Shown: positions 23,399 through 37,846, counted from the whole stretch's first letter. The stretch is 58,045 bases of DNA, filler included, from Basidioascus undulatus (GCA_000826855.1; 4 parts of 4 records of this genome joined end to end with filler, not necessarily neighbours in it), one strand, 5' to 3'. Numbers and translations: made by a program. Notes: generated by a model from the letters alone, not told the origin.

Positions 23399-24849
23399 CC
23401 TTTCAAGCGGCGCTCAGGTGCGATCGAAGAAAGGGAGCTTGGAGAGTATAGCTAACGAATGTAGCGGGCGGCGGCGGCGAGAGGGGCGGAAGATTGGAGT
23501 CAAAGGGTCAAGTGGGGGGTCGACGTCCGTGTGCTTTAGTACGCGGACAACGTGCTGAATTCGAAGATCTGTCACGTGTTCTGATGTGTGGCTCACAGCC
23601 ACTTCGCTTCACTTCTGCCTGCTATGTAACTCTTCGTCCAATTATGTGGAGTCATGGGTCTGGGCAGATAATACTGTGGGCTACGTTCGGCAGCAGCAAC
23701 GCGGACACCAGAGAACGCGACAGCCGCTTTAACCCACGCCCTTCCGTAAGAGCTCCCTGTCTCTGCAGGTCGTTGCACTACGGCGGCTTTCCCGACCGCT
23801 GGCGACTTGCTCCGAAGTGCCAGGGGTGTCGCTAAACTTGTGAAGGTGTTGATGTGCGGGCTGCGTCGTGTGTTTATTCCGAGATGCAACTTCTGCTTTG
23901 GATTCAGATTCAGCTGTCTCAATACCCATCAAGCTGGCTTAATAATCCAGGCTCAAAGCTTTGCTGGGGTTGACTTCGATGGGACACGCTTACGCGATAA
24001 ATGTTCCACCGCAGCGATCCAGCAATTCGTTAAATGGACAAGCGTATGTAACTCAAGGCATATGGCTGTGGGTCTGAATCACTGTTTGAGAGTGTCCTCG
24101 AAGCCGACCATGCAGCTGTGGCCACTCGCCGTTCCGCCGAGTCGCAGCCACGGACACCGACGATCCACGTCTGCGCGTCCCTCTCACCCCGTCCACTGAG
24201 ACGCATTTTCTGTGCGATTAAGAACGGGTATTAGCAACTTTCGTCCACCCTTGCCGATAGATACTTACACGCATTCTTTGCAGACCGCTGCTGAGAGCCC
24301 CGGGCGTGCATGGCAACCTGACCTGTGAGGCCGCAAACTGCTGTCACAGACCGCTCCGATGGAGTACGGAAGCTCAGTTTCCATGATATTTTTCCGTCTT
24401 GTGAAAGCAGTGCGGGAGGGCAGTTGGTTGTGTACAAGAGGTGTGGCAGCCTCAGAGACGTGCTCATGCTTCTGCACCGTCCCTGCATGCAGCACAGGAA
24501 AAGAGTGCCATCCAGGTGTTTCGCTGCCCCCCCTTACACTCTGCGCAATCACCCTCGCAGTTCCATCCTCTCGAGAGGCTCACATTTGTCAGAGCCCGCT
24601 AAAAATCTTCACTGTATTGCGAGCGTGCCAGCCACCTCGGCCCTCAGCGATAGCGCACCCTGACTGCACGTGAAGTTGCGTCATAGATGACGTTCTTTCG
24701 CCTCTTCCTTGTCCTCGTTGCTCGTTCGCCTGCTCCAGCCTTCCCTCGCTCCTTCTTGCCCTCTCCCAATCCACGACATCTTCTCTTTCCCGCATACGAC
24801 ATACCCAAAGCAGTCTCACACACACACCAGAACAATAAACGAAATCGCA

Positions 24850-26804
24850 ATGGCCAGCACATACCCCGCCGCTGATACGGTCCACGTCCCCCTCGTCGAC
24901 AACGAGCGCACGCCTGCCAACACCCTCGTCGGCGCGGGCAGCACCTCCCCGGCCGTGTCGACGCCTGCGAACGAGTGGGCAAAGGACGTCTCTTGTACGT
25001 TTATTCGTTACATAGGGCATGGTTTGTTAGCCGCTGATCGATGGCGACCGCTGGGCCCACAGCCGCACTCGGTCTGAACGACTCCACGTCCTCGACGACG
25101 GTCTCTGCACCTCCGACCTCCTCCACCGCCGTCCCGCCCGCGCCTTACGCTTCGGGCCCATCCACCACCTCCCCAGCGGGCGTCTCTTCGGGCTCCTCCG
25201 CGCCCATCCAGACCACGAGCAACACCATCCCCTCCGCGATCCACCCGTCCGCGTCCGCATCCCAGCCCAACTCCGGCGCGGGCTCCTCCGCCCCATCCGT
25301 CGCCATTGCCCCCGGACGCGCAGTCCAGGTCCCCCCCGAGGCGGCTGCCCAGCATGGCGCCAGGGCGGCCGCTACTCTGCCCGTCGAGACGCCCGGCGCG
25401 AGCGGTATGCCGGGGGCGTGGCTGCCAGGCAACGACCGTGCGTTTCTTCCTCCTCTCAAACCCAAGCCCTTCCTCCTTCTGACCCGTATCCTCTTTGATA
25501 TACAGAGCCCACCGCGCAAGCCGCAGACAACGCCCTCAATACGGGCGCGTCCGCGTTGAACAGCGCCAAGGAGACGATCGCCGATGCGGCTGCGGCGGCG
25601 TATGAGAAGACTGGGCTGCAGGGCAAGGTGGACGAGACTGCGCGGCAGACGGACGAGGCTGTACGGGACGAGAACGTGCGTGCGTTGGACGAGATCGGTG
25701 GGTCCCCTTTTTCGCACTCTCTTTCCGTCTTCCTTTCCTTCTTGCAGGAGATGCTTAGGCGTGGCTTGTTCAACAGCCGAGGGCACCCTCCCGGACAACA
25801 CGACCAAGGACGGCCTCCCCGCGCTCAACAAGCTCGACCTGGGGTCCAACTCGCGCCCGGGCGACCCAATCCGCGGGCTCGCCGAGTCGGACCAAGTGCC
25901 GAGCAAGGCGACCTCCGACTACCCCGCCGCGGCAGGGGAGAAGTCGAGCGAGTACACCTCTGCGGCGGCGGCCACCCTCGCGGGCGCAGGCGCGGCCGTC
26001 GCGGGCGCAGCGTACGCCGCGAAGGACAAGATCCTCGGCACCACCACCACCACCGCCAAGCAAGCGACGCCGGAAGCGACGTCCTCCCTCCCGCCCGCGG
26101 CCCCCGCTGCCAACCCCACGTCCCTCCCCGCGGGTGCGGCGCCCGACCTCGAGGCGCTGAGCTCATCCGACCCGACCGCCGTCCCCCGCCCGCCGACGAA
26201 GGTCTCCCACGACGCGCAGCCCGCGCAGGGGAGCTCGACCGTCCAGACCCTCTACGGCGCTGGCGGTGTCCCCACCGTCCCGCCCGTCCCCTCCGGCCCG
26301 CCCGCCACGTCGTCCCTCTCCAGCGCGGACTCCGCGCTCAAGGACGACAAGACCACTGGCACAGGCACAGCGACCGTTGCGTCGTCCGCGACGGGGCATG
26401 GGATCCCCGCACCCTTGTCCGACGCGCCGATCCGCTCGCAGAAGGACGAGGCGTTCCGCGCCGGCCAGATTGCCTCCGCGCGCGCGGCGGAGCAGGAGAA
26501 GGTGGGCGAGATAGTCCACGAGCCGCTGCCTGGACGTGAGGAGAAGGAAGCCAAGGTCGCTGGCGGTGGGTATGGGCACGCGCGCAGCGACAGTGCGAGT
26601 CTCGCGAGTGGGAGTGGGAAGGTCGGGTTCGGGAAGAAGTTCAAGGGGGAGATGAAGGTCGTTATGGGCAAGTTGACGCATAATGTGGGGAAGGTGCGTT
26701 TTCGTTTTCTTTGTTGAAGGTGAAGGGGGAAAAGACGCTGATTGAGGCTGTGTTGGTTGTAGGTCGAGCAGGGCCGCAGCCTGAAAGAGACGGGGCACGT
26801 CTAA
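24850..26804 (+). CDS. Low-complexity Ala/Ser/Thr/Pro-rich protein with a conserved-looking C-terminal motif
   Basis: Multi-exon GC3-rich ORF MASTYPAADTVHVP... ending GKVGFGKKFKGEMKVVMGKLTHNVGK|VEQGRSLKETGHV*. Canonical introns link the frames. Confidence 0.7.
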
Positions 26805-28076
26805 ACGACCTGCTACTTGCGCCCTTTTTCTCCTTCTCTTCCTTCCCTTTTTCTCCCTTAATCTTCCCTCTGATGACTGTAAGCTACGGAACACGTTCCG
26901 CTCGACCACCATGTTACCTCATCCCCCCATCCTTTCCGATTCTCAAGAACACCACACACACACGGACGTTGGATTGGGAGGTGGACCTGTAGTTTTGAGA
27001 CGCTTTGTTACGACGAGTTATGATACGAAACTGGCTGTGATTTATAATACTCGCTGGATGCTGGGCATCGTGCCGCGATCTAAGAAAGAAGGCTGAAACA
27101 ACTGGGGGAAAGAGCACAGGACGGAAGCTGACATTTCTGCTCTGTGTAAAATAGTTTCGAGGTACTTTGGCTGTAGTATATTTAGGTAAGCCTTCTAGGG
27201 TGCGCCATCCGTCCACGGTTTAAGTCGCACTGCGCGCCTCGCGAAGTCGCCCAGCTGATCACACGTACATTGTGCAAGTTTTGGGATTTACTTTTTTCAA
27301 TGGTTTCTGATAATGTAGAATTTCGATATAAGGATTGAATACATGTATTTAAAAGTACTGCAGCAGTTGCAGTTGCCCAACACCCACTGGGCGGTGCACT
27401 TCAAGTGCACTTACCTTACCCTAGACACGTGAATGCCCTGTAATCGAAGAAGATTGATCGCTGTATAGAAGCGGCTAATGACATGAATAAACAGTCGGCC
27501 TTCGAGGGAACCTGATGGTCAATCATTCAACACCAAGCCCAGCCTGCAGTCCAGAGCGTGCATGGTGCACCGCTGCCTGTCACAACCTCACCTCTGTGCC
27601 TTGCGCAAGATGGATCAAACCAGGCTGAAGGCAGGAGCATATGAGCGTTTACTTTTTGATATCTTACTCGTCAGGTACCCAGGCACCTCACCAGCAGTAC
27701 TCGTGCAACAGCCGAAGCAGCAGCCAGATCTTGACCAGGGGCAGCACCTCGTCAAGATCACCACCCTGCGTTTCTATATTGCTCCCACTAGATTGGTTCG
27801 AGCCTAAAGATACAGCCAATTAATTGTCTAAAACAGCTCAGTACACTATGGAACTACCTTACTAGCAGGCAGAACAATCTTCCCAAAGCAAGCCCAGCCT
27901 CCAGCCATTCTCGAGCACTGTTCCTTTACCAATCAGGTCTGGACATTTGAGGAATGTTGGAGGCGCAGTCTGGAATCAGGGTACAAAATTGGCATTTTGT
28001 AAGGGAACAGGAGTTCTAGAGCATGAGGTCAACAAGGAGCTGGCTGTCAAAGCGCTGGCTGTGATCGCTCGCGTTT

Positions 28077-28830
28077 ATGGCATCATCGACGGCCCCGGCT
28101 TGCCCATGTCGACTCCACGCCTCACCGCTCTCGGATGTCAATATCGGGCACGCCAGCTCCAGCGTGGCATGGATCGCCAGCACCTCCTCTGCGACTGTCC
28201 CCACCAAAGAGGGCTGGTATGTCGACTCTGGAGCATCACACATGATGTCAGGCGACTGTTCCCTCTTTGTCTCACTCCGCTCCATCCAGCCTGAGCCAAT
28301 CAGCCTTGCCGAGAAGGGCTCCGTCATTTACGCGACCACTGTCAGGAGCATCATCATCCCCGTCATTGCCGACTGTGGCCAGGCAAGCACCATCCTTCTC
28401 TGCAATGTCCTATACGGCCTGCACATTGGGATCAACCTCCTCTCCATCTTGCGCCTCAACTGCCTCGGCTTCCGGAGCGTCTTCTCTGATGACAGCGTCA
28501 CCTTCCATGCCAAGGATGGCCGCATCGTTGCTCGCGCCTGCCTCTAAGGCAGCCTCTTTCATAACGCCCAGCCAGCCAGTCCTATCGCTGTCATGGGTGT
28601 GCACACTGCCGCCTTCCTCGCCGCTCCACCAGCACGCATGCTCACCCTCTGGTTTGTCGCCTTGGACATCTGAACCCTCAGGCGCTTAAGCAGCTTGCCA
28701 GCAGTGGTCACATCCTTGGGCTGACATCCAGAAGGGGGAGGGGATGTGCATATGTGAGGATGCATAAACTTCCATATCCCATCTCGGCCTCACACGCATC
28801 GCATGTGCTTGGACTTGTTCACTCATATCG
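28077..28830 (+). mobile_element. Decayed Ty1/Copia LTR-retrotransposon pol fragment (protease, pre-integrase, start of integrase)
   Basis: WYVDSGASHMM aspartic protease motif and LCNVLY...INLLSILRL. Degenerate LW...GHLN and C..C..MHKLPY...VLGLVHS segments follow with stops/frameshifts. Confidence 0.85.
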
Positions 28831-28993
28831 ATATGCACACCATTCAATTCTTTCTTGTTTGACACTTAACACACTTAGCCTTGACTCCGCCCTTCCCTCT
28901 GTCCATTGCTGTTCATTCAAGTTCAGGTTGCATGTGACTTCCATCATTGTTCTCTTTGACAGCTTCTCCGCACAAAACACCCCACACCGTTGT

Positions 28994-29093
28994 NNNNNNN
29001 NNNNNNNNNNNNNNNNNNNNNNNNNNNNNNNNNNNNNTTAATTAATTAANNNNNNNNNNNNNNNNNNNNNNNNNNNNNNNNNNNNNNNNNNNN
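28994..29093. other. Assembly gap linker
   Basis: N44-TTAATTAATTAA-N44. Confidence 0.98.
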
Positions 29094-29193
29094 GCGTCGC
29101 CCGTCCCTCCCTGTCTTCTTTCCCTTCCCCGCCTTCTCTTCCTTTTCTGCGCACCCGGTCAGTGGTGCTTACCTGCAGCGTCTGGGGGGCTAG

Positions 29194-30821
29194 GTCTGCA
29201 CCAACATCCTCGACCTCACGATGAAGCGCAAGCTCGCCGTCTACGGCGGCAACTACTCGACCTACGTCCGCACCAAGTCCGAGAACGAGGTGAACCAGAT
29301 GAAGGCGTACCAGAAGCAGCAGGACGAGATTGCGCACATCAAGAAGTGCGTTCTGCCTCTTCCCTTTCTTGCTTCCTCCACCTTCTCCTCCCCCTTTCGA
29401 ACATGCAACTGAACTTCGCGTTCCGCATCGTCCAGGTTCATCGCCTCCGCCGGTACCTACGCGAACCTTGTCCGTCAAGCCAAGTCGAAGCAGAAGGTTC
29501 GCGCCTTTCTCTCGCTTAAGGGGAGGACTTGGTTTTGATCGAGGGATGTGGGGCTGCAGATCATCGACAAGATGGAGGCCGCCGGCCTGGTTGAGAAGAT
29601 CGAGACGCCCAAGCCGCTGCGCTTCAACTTTGAGGACATCCGCAAGCTCCCCCCGCCCATCATCGCCTTCAATGACGTCGCGTTCTCGTACTCGGGCAAG
29701 AAGGAGGACTTCCTTTACAAGGACCTGTCGTTCGGTATCGAGTGCGTGCTTCTTCCCCCTTCCCCCTTCCCTCTTCCCTTCCCTCGCAAAATGGAAAATG
29801 GGAATGGGACTGACGTGTGGGCGCGGTTGCGACGGACAGCATGGACTCCCGCGTCGCTATTGTCGGCCAGAACGGTACCGGCAAATCGTGAGTAGTTTCG
29901 AGAATGAAGAGTTGGTGAGGTGGAGCAAGAGCTGAGGATGTTGCGCCCCCGCGCAGGACCCTCCTCAACCTCATCACTGGCGCGCTGCAGCCCGTCGAGG
30001 GCGCCGTCTCTAAGCACGCGTCGCTTAAACTCGGTACGTACTCCTCTCATTCTTACGATGGATGCAGGGGACTGACAAAAGGTCTTTGTGGAAACGTACA
30101 GCCAAGTACTCGCAGCACTCTGCCGACCAGCTCCCCTACGACAAGTCGCCGATCGAGTACTTCCAGAGCACCTTCGCCGAGAAGTTCCCGAACAAGGACA
30201 TCCAGGTGCGCTCGGCGTTTTCCCTAGCTTGGGCATTCGAATGAGAACGTTGATGGAATGCGTTGGGGATCGACAACAGTTCTGGCGCTCCCAGCTCGGC
30301 CGCTTCGGTCTGTCGGGCAACCACCAGACGTCGCCGATCTCGCAGCTGTCGGACGGCCTCCGGAACCGGGTCGTCTTCTCCCAGCTCTCGATGGAGCAGC
30401 CGCACGTTCTCCTTCTCGGTGCGTTCTCCCTCTCCCTCTCCCTCAAGCGGCGCAAGTGGCTTACCACGGTGTGTGGGGGTACCAGACGAGCCGACGAACC
30501 ACCTGGACATGATGTCGATCGACGCGCTCGCGCGCGCGATCAAGGAGTTCGAGGGCGGCGTCGTCATTGTCTCGCACGACTTCCGGCTCATCTCGCAGGT
30601 CGCCGAGGAGCTCTGGGAGGTCAAGGACCGCAAGATCCGCAACCTCACCAAGGTGGACATCGACATCAAGCAGTACAAGGCCATGCTCCAAAAAGCGTCG
30701 CAGGCGTCGCTGGAGAAGGTGCGTCTACGTCTTCTTGCGTCGGATGTGGGGAGATGCTAAGTGCTAATTGATGGCTGGAACGCAGGCGAAGCTTGGTGGT
30801 GCCGGCAAGACGGGCGTCTAA
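29194..30821 (+). CDS. ARB1: ABC-F ATPase Arb1/ABCF2, C-terminal half (5' part lost in gap)
   Basis: [55 protein letters not shown], Walker [10 protein letters not shown], signature LSDG, Walker [12 protein letters not shown] and VSHDFRLI. Confidence 0.93.
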
Positions 30822-31624
30822 GCGCTTGTCGCTCTCCCTCCTCTCCCTGCCTCCTATCCTTCCTCTATTCCATCCGCCTCGCACCCTCCTCACCTCCTTT
30901 CCGACGCCATAGACGACCCAACACCCGCGCATTGTGTATTGCAAAAAAGAGCCATTCTCATGTACTCGTTACGTGTGGACGGGATGAGGGCGGCTGCTGC
31001 GCTGCTGCTGCTGTATAATGCTATTTCCTTTTGCTCTTCGATGTCCTTTTTTCTTTTCCTTTCGCTTTTTTGAAGATGTCTTGTGTCTTTTCGTCTTAGT
31101 AGCTGCGAGGCTGGAAGCATGCAGGCTTGTGCAGTACGGAAACGAATGGGCCGAGTGTGTGGAGAGTTTGGGAAGTGGGTCTCCAGGGGATAACTGAGGC
31201 AGACTTGTGGTGTCTCGCAAGCATTATTGAGACGTACACGTTTCGGCAGTGGGCGATGAAGGATCCCGGAAATCGAGCAGACGAGCAGGCGGCGGGTGCC
31301 GCCAGCCGCAGTGGGGGCGGGCTCATTGCCGGTGTCGAAACTGACAGACCCTAAACTGCTACGAAAGTATTTCCTTTGTATTATCGTCAAGTATACAATA
31401 CTCAGGAAGTCCTTTGTGTTTCACGAAGCGGGCTTTCGGCAGTCCCCCTAAATCGCGAATCCAGTAGCGACCTGCCGAAAAGATCATCCTGAGGTCTGCA
31501 CCCCCGCAGCTCATCGCGTTTTTTTTGCTTAGCGGCGTTGGAGGTCTCAATTGGCACACACTCGGAAATGTAAGAGGAAGTGACCAGAAATCACAGAGGT
31601 AACATGGGACGGTCACCAGCCTAG

Positions 31625-32076
31625 ATCCACTTATTCTTCCAAGCTTGTCGCTCGTGAAAGCTGGCGCAAGGGGGCCGACAAAGGTACCCGCCGAGAGGAG
31701 GGAGGTCATCAAAGCTTGGCTGTAAGGCGAGCGGTTCACCAAAATCGACAGGCCAGGCCCCCCCTGAGGACTCACCACGTTGGGCTCAAATTGTAGTTCC
31801 CCTCATCGTTCAACTCCCCGAACCTGAAGGAAGAACAAGCAAAATCGGGTAAGCCAGCTACCCCTACCAGCAGTAACCGCCCCACGCAACCCCCCGCTGA
31901 ATGAAGTCCGGCATGACCAGACATCCTGAGATGACACCAATGTCAAATCCGAAAAGGAACCTGTTGAAGATCAAGATCGTGAGCGTTGGGAGCTAGGACA
32001 CGATCCAAGAGGTATATACGTACCCTCCGAAGGACACGAAAACGCAGAATATAGCGACTCTTAGGTGCTTTACCAT
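31625..32076 (-). pseudogene. Truncated 5' duplicate of the neighbouring hexose transporter
   Basis: MVKHLRVAIFCVFVSFGG|FLFGFDIGVISGCLVMPDFIQR|FGELNDEG...|QALMTSLLSAGTFVGPLAPAFTSDKLGR. Intron positions match the 36205 gene, the second donor GT is lost, and similarity ends after DKLGR. Confidence 0.85.
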
Positions 32077-32845
32077 GGTGAGAGAGGTGGGGAATGAAGG
32101 ATGCTGGGAAAGTACAACAGCAAGCGATAAACGCTTAAGTACACCGGGAAGTTTGGTGAGTGAGTCCTGAGGGAGTTGGAGGCCGATCTTGGAGGCCTCA
32201 GCGTCGGCCCGGCCCGTATCCTGGGGCTGTACGGTGGTGCTTGCCAATCGACAGGTGGAGCGGCGCTCTGCCGAGGTCAGATGGCAAAGGTGAGCTGTTA
32301 AAGGTGTATTTTCAGACCATTTCAGCTGGAATTCCGCGTCATTTAGGCTGCAGCTTCACATGTAACGCCAGCGGATTGAGCGGCCCGAAGGTGCGGAACG
32401 TTTCCCGCCAAGCAGATCTGGCAGATGGGTGGCTCACCAAAGCAGCAAGGCTCACGTCGCTGCGCGAATGTGAGTGTATCTGGTCCAAATTATGTGCATC
32501 GCAGACTAAGATATTCAGGGTGGTGCTTCGTACGACCGGACGTCATGCCAACACGCGATTACCGCCTAGTTCCTGGCCTTCAAAGTCGTCAGTGCATATA
32601 GCCTTCGAACTCTAGAACCTGCGAGGTGGAAGAAGGCACGCGTTCTACCTTGAACCTCGTTGCTTAATCCGGTTCTTCGATGTCGTTAAAGCCTGATCTT
32701 CAAAAGTCTGCGGATGCCATTGAATCTTTAACATGCGTGTTGAGGAACCCTTAGTAACACTCACGAGACTTCGTATGTGTGCGGTTATCTTTTGCACCAC
32801 TGATAGTCACATTGCTCCAACCCAAGCCGTACAGATTCAAGCTCC

Positions 32846-35800
32846 TCAAACCGAATGCTTCTCATCGACCACGTTCTCGTGGTGCTCGTCGGGCACCTTC
32901 GCGTCGTGCGAAGAGCGTGCGGCGTCTCGCAGCCCCGGCGCATCGCCACCGTGGCCCTCTTGAACATTCTTCCCAGTGCCCGTTGTGGGCTGCCAGTTGG
33001 ACGACTACAAACAGGGACGGGTCAGCTAATTTGAAAGCTACCAGGTCAATTTATGTGCAAGCTTACATGCCATGGCTTAATCTTGGCGCGGTACAGCTCG
33101 TCGATCTGAAGGGGGACGTCCGCACAACGTTAGAAGTCGGTGGACGTGGCGAGTGCCTCTCCATATCAACTCACCTGTTCAAGAGACAGGCCGCGGACCT
33201 CGGGACTGTAAAGTTCGACTTAAGACTGCGTACGTCGCGCTCAGGTTAAGGAGCGTTGCGGGACTCACACGAACAGCCAGACGTAAACAAACCCGAAGGC
33301 AAGCATGCCGGCAAAGATCTATGGAAAGCACTGTTGTCAGTAGCGTAGGCAGTCATGAATTGAATGCAACTTACTAGAAGAATAAGGCTGTGGGTGTTCG
33401 AAGAAATGTCAGTGGTAAACCCATGGGTTTTATCACCAGAGGCAGACGTACGGGCCGATGCTGCGGGTCATTCTGTCGTCAACTTTCATCCGGGAGTAGC
33501 TAGAAAAGCAAGAGAAGCTCACTCCTCCGCAATGTCCGGGCTGAAGTATGACAGCAAGAAGTTCCAGATCTGCGCAAAGGACACATTTCAATATGTCCAA
33601 TAAGAGAGCACCAGCGTGAGCGCTTACCCAGTTCGTTGCTGCACCGAGCGCAACACACTTGGAGCGGACACGGAGCGGGAAGGATTCACCGAGATAGGCC
33701 CAAGGTCCTGAGGGGATTAAATTACGATGTTACCAAAGCAAACGGCCAGAGAAGCTTGCGGCCACTCACCAGGACCCCAGAACATGGAGAAGCCGGCGAC
33801 GTGGAGGACGGCAAACGCTCTGCGAATCGGCGCTGAGCATTCATGTACAGGCTGACCGGTATCCAAAGGAGAAGACTTACACAAGCACTTGTCCGCCTTG
33901 CTTCTCACTGGTCGTCAACTGGTCGGATGGCGTGCCGTCAGGGGCCAGCATCGTGTGACCAACCGAAGCCGCCTAGATTCAAACAGATCAGAGCGAATAA
34001 AATGACCCAAGTGCGAGAGGTGATACTCACGATGATAGCGCATGCCTGTGACAAGGAACAAGACGTTGTCAGGGAACCGCCTCGCCCATATATGAGAGAC
34101 CCGGCTGTACGTACGCATTCGAAGGCGGCGCCGAACAGGAGGGAAGACCGACGTCCGAACTTGTCCTGTCAAGGCATGGTCTGCAGGTCAGCGGTGCATA
34201 AAGTTGTAACTGCCGCTCGGACACAACGAACAAGGAGGTAAAGCGCCGGGATGGTGGCGGCAAGCGAAACACCTGCACAGACGAATGGGGCATGAGTACC
34301 CGGTCCACTCTGCAGCAATTAGTAGAAAGCACTGACCTCCAAGGATAGTCTGGATAACCAGAGAGTCGATGGGCAAGCCTGCTGACTTGAAGAACGTCGG
34401 GCCGCTGAAAGAGGTACTCCATGAGAATCTGAAAACCACTTGATAGGAATTGGGGTACTCACTAGTCTGTCAAGAAGCGTGCGTTTCTGATCAGTCACCG
34501 CAGACAGCTTCAAGCCTTTCCCGTCACACACAATAGTAGAAGTTCTAAGAGGGGACAAGGACAATCAGCACTCTTAGCTACCGAACAGCAAGCGGATAGT
34601 CCGCGCACCTGGCCGTTCAGCTGTTGAATGAACCTGGAACGTCAGGAGAATTAAGCTCTCTTCCCATAAAACGGTCTGAGCGGCCTTACTGAAGCATCAT
34701 GCCGTCTGCTCGTGAAAGGCAAAATCAGATATGCAGTGTACAAAGACCTCCGGCAAGAAGACGCACTGATCGTTCTCTTATACAACATGTTGCGGTGGCT
34801 AAAGCACTCCAACCACCCAGCCTTGCCTCCCTGTTGACCACTTGCTGCCGTGAGGCCTCATTTCTTGAAACTTAAAGGGCATCAGACATCTAGCGCACCT
34901 GGTTTTCCTCACGCAGGCCTTCAGCGAGTTCGACGATGGTGCCCTCGACAAGCGGGTCATACTCGTCAACCTCGTTGAGCGATGCGATAGCCCGCCGCGC
35001 ATCGGCCTCCCGCCCTTGCCCAAGAAGATACCTGAGGCGATATTGGTCAGCTGCCTTCAGGCTTTTGTTGAGATACGAACACACGCACCTGGGAGAGTCG
35101 GGAAGGAACAAAAGTCCAGTCATGAGGATAATGCCCCATGCGAGTTCTGGTACCGCCATATGCGTGAGCCAGCGACATGGTCAAAATAAAAGGCCTTCTT
35201 AGATGCTTACGAAGTCCGACCGGTGTCCGCCAGGACACGGAACCCTCCAGGTCGTGCGTCCCAAGGTCGACGCAGTAGCTGCAATGAGTCGCCTTCAGTG
35301 GACGGGATCCAAGAATCTGGGCAAAATAAAGAAGGATAAATCTCATTTTAAGAACTCACGAGATGAACAGGCCCAGGATCACGTTCAGTTGATAGAGGAC
35401 GAGCGCTGTGCCACGATCTGTGCGATGGGAGCTGTCAGTCAACGCAAAAGCGACCAGTGGACAATGTCTAGCGCACATTTTTTCGGGGCTGTCTCGCCGT
35501 TGTACAGTGGGACCTGTACAGCGCTTGAAATCAGGATTGGGGGGCATGGACAGTGCTCGATGAGCACGCACGATGGCGCTCAAGGCCCCGACGCCCAAAC
35601 CAGCGATGAACCTGGTGTGATCAGGTATGCTTGGGTAAGTTTCGTTTCAACAATAAGTCATCCTTAACACTCACCTCCCCACGAGCATTTGCGCCAAGGC
35701 TTTGTTCGCTGCTGTTTGGATGACGGTACCGACGGTGAAGGTAGCGGTCCACGAGAAAATCGACCATTTACGCCCGAGTTTGTCGCTCGTAAAAGCTTGT

Positions 35801-36205
35801 GCGAGGGAGCCAACGAACGTGCCGGCCGAGAGGAGAGACGTAATCAAAGCTTGTCTATGAGAGAACCGGTTCAGCAAGGTCGGAAGAAGATCACCTTTAA
35901 GGGGACGCACCGCGTTGCGCTCAGGTACCATTCGCCATCATCCTTCAGCTCGCCGAACCTGAAGAAACGACCGGCCGATTCGGATAAGCCAACCTCCTCG
36001 AAAAGGCCAAATACCTCATGGGACGCACCGTTGAATAAAGTCCGGCATGACCAGACATCCCGAGATGACGCCGATGTCGTATCCGAAGAGGAAACTGTAC
36101 AGTCACGTGAGCTGTGGAGATGATGAAACAGTACTCGACGAGAGGTCCTCACCCTCCAAAGGAAACGAAGATGCAGAATAGGGCTACGCGTAAATGCTTG
36201 ACCAT
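32846..36205 (-). CDS. MFS sugar porter (hexose transporter), many short exons
   Basis: GGFLFGYDIGVISG, SDKLGRKWSI, VGRFIAGLGVG, VPLYNGETAPKKYRG, LFLPDSPR, DKFGRRSSLL and PEVRGLSLEQIDELY; ends VDEKHSV*. Only the 5' and 3' exons were checked for frame. Confidence 0.92.
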
Positions 36206-37635
36206 GGTAATGGAGATGGAGCCTGAAAGGTGAACAGCACGCAACAAAAGGGCAAATGGTCTTTATGAGCACTGCGTCCTATTTCTTCGACAGACGATGC
36301 ATGCTGATCGATGTGCGGCTCGGCTGTGGCGGTCCGGCTAGCGGCCTTGAAAGTGTGGACCTGCCATATCCTCGAGGTCAGCTGATGGGCAGCGGAAGGG
36401 TTGAGGGAGAGCTTGAGAGAGCTTCGCCGTTACACCTGCGTCATTATCGTTACAGGTTTGGCGGGACAGCTAGTTTGGGAAGGCCGAGCGGCGCAAAGTC
36501 GGCGCGACTCGCTGCGAGATGGTGCTGGCGGCACTGCGCGTATAAATGCCTCGGCCAACTTTTGAGACCCGTCTGATATCCACCCTTCCTATACATGCTG
36601 CGAGTCTAGGACTGGTTGTGGTCCATTAATTTGCAGAAAAAAAGGAAATCCCGCGGCGGTAGGTATGCAAACGGCTCGGGCTTGGCCAAGATGTGTTCCC
36701 TTGTCCTGTCGCCTCATGCCACACGAAACCTCCTTTAACTTCATGTCGGTCAGTTCAGAGTAAAATTACTTCCTGAACATACGGCCTTTCATGAGGAATG
36801 CTCAAGGGTGATACTCAAGATACCGAAATGATCGCGGAGCGACCCGGACAGGCAAGGCCACTGCAACTGGCTGCAACGTCGCTTATCATAGATGTTGCAG
36901 AGTATCTTTAATGCAACCAGCTTAAAAGCAATTACAGACGTGTTACATTGAGTACGGTGTAACTGCATGAGGTAATCGTGTCGCGGGGTTTCAACTACCG
37001 GTTCAACAACCCGCAACACCTAGAAGAGTGCCTACGTGACGGCTCACTTCGTAAGAGGAACCACTTGATACCCATCTAGTGTCAAATGCCCCTTACAAAT
37101 GTCAGTTGAAGTCCCAGCGAGACAATACATCAGGCTGCTTGGACACGCGCACCGAGCTCATCGACTTCGCTAGCCAACACCCAGGCAGCAAGCATACCGG
37201 TAAGGCAGAAGCGGGTCCACCTCGGTTGATTAAGACTCATTTTTTTTGGTTTCATACAGACCTCCATATCTGCAGGGCCTTTCGTGTTCCTCTCTTGTCG
37301 TGGCCTGCGGTTCTGGACGACACAGCCGATCCCTTGAACCCGCCCAACCGTCGGGCTTGTCATTCCTCGAAGGACCACAATTTCCCGTCTTCAAAAACCC
37401 CACCTAATTATTATTTGTTCTTGTTGCAGACGAGATGACAACAGAGCACTCGCGCACTCGTGCGTTGTGCGCGCCGTTCCTCGCTCTTCATCCGGTTCCG
37501 CACTCGTCTCCCTCCTCTCGTCGCGCTCTCCCTCTTTCCCTCTCGCCAATCACTTCACTCTCTCGTATACCTTCCAAAGTGCTCGGTACTAACCGGGGTG
37601 CATTCGTGCACTACCCGTTCCCCTTCTCTCTTTCC

Positions 37636-37846
37636 GTACCTCTGCGCACTTCGTTCTACATTCTCCAAAGTGCCTCTGCGCACTCCCTTACATCGTTCTT
37701 CAGCCGAGTTCCTCAGGGTACTCGAGCACCTATTTTATTTAGTTCTTCTTTGTTATTTGTTGTGGTGCCTCTAAGAATTACCGTTAGCCCTTCTTTCGGT
37801 GCCTCAGCGCACTTCGTTTCGTTTCTACCAGTGCCTCTGCGCACTC
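37636..37846 (+). repeat. Dispersed 15-nt motif GT(G/A)CCTC(T/A)GCGCACT x4 in a pyrimidine-rich tract
   Basis: Copies start at 37636, 37670, 37799 and 37831, with partial copies at ~37764 and ~38151. Confidence 0.6.
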
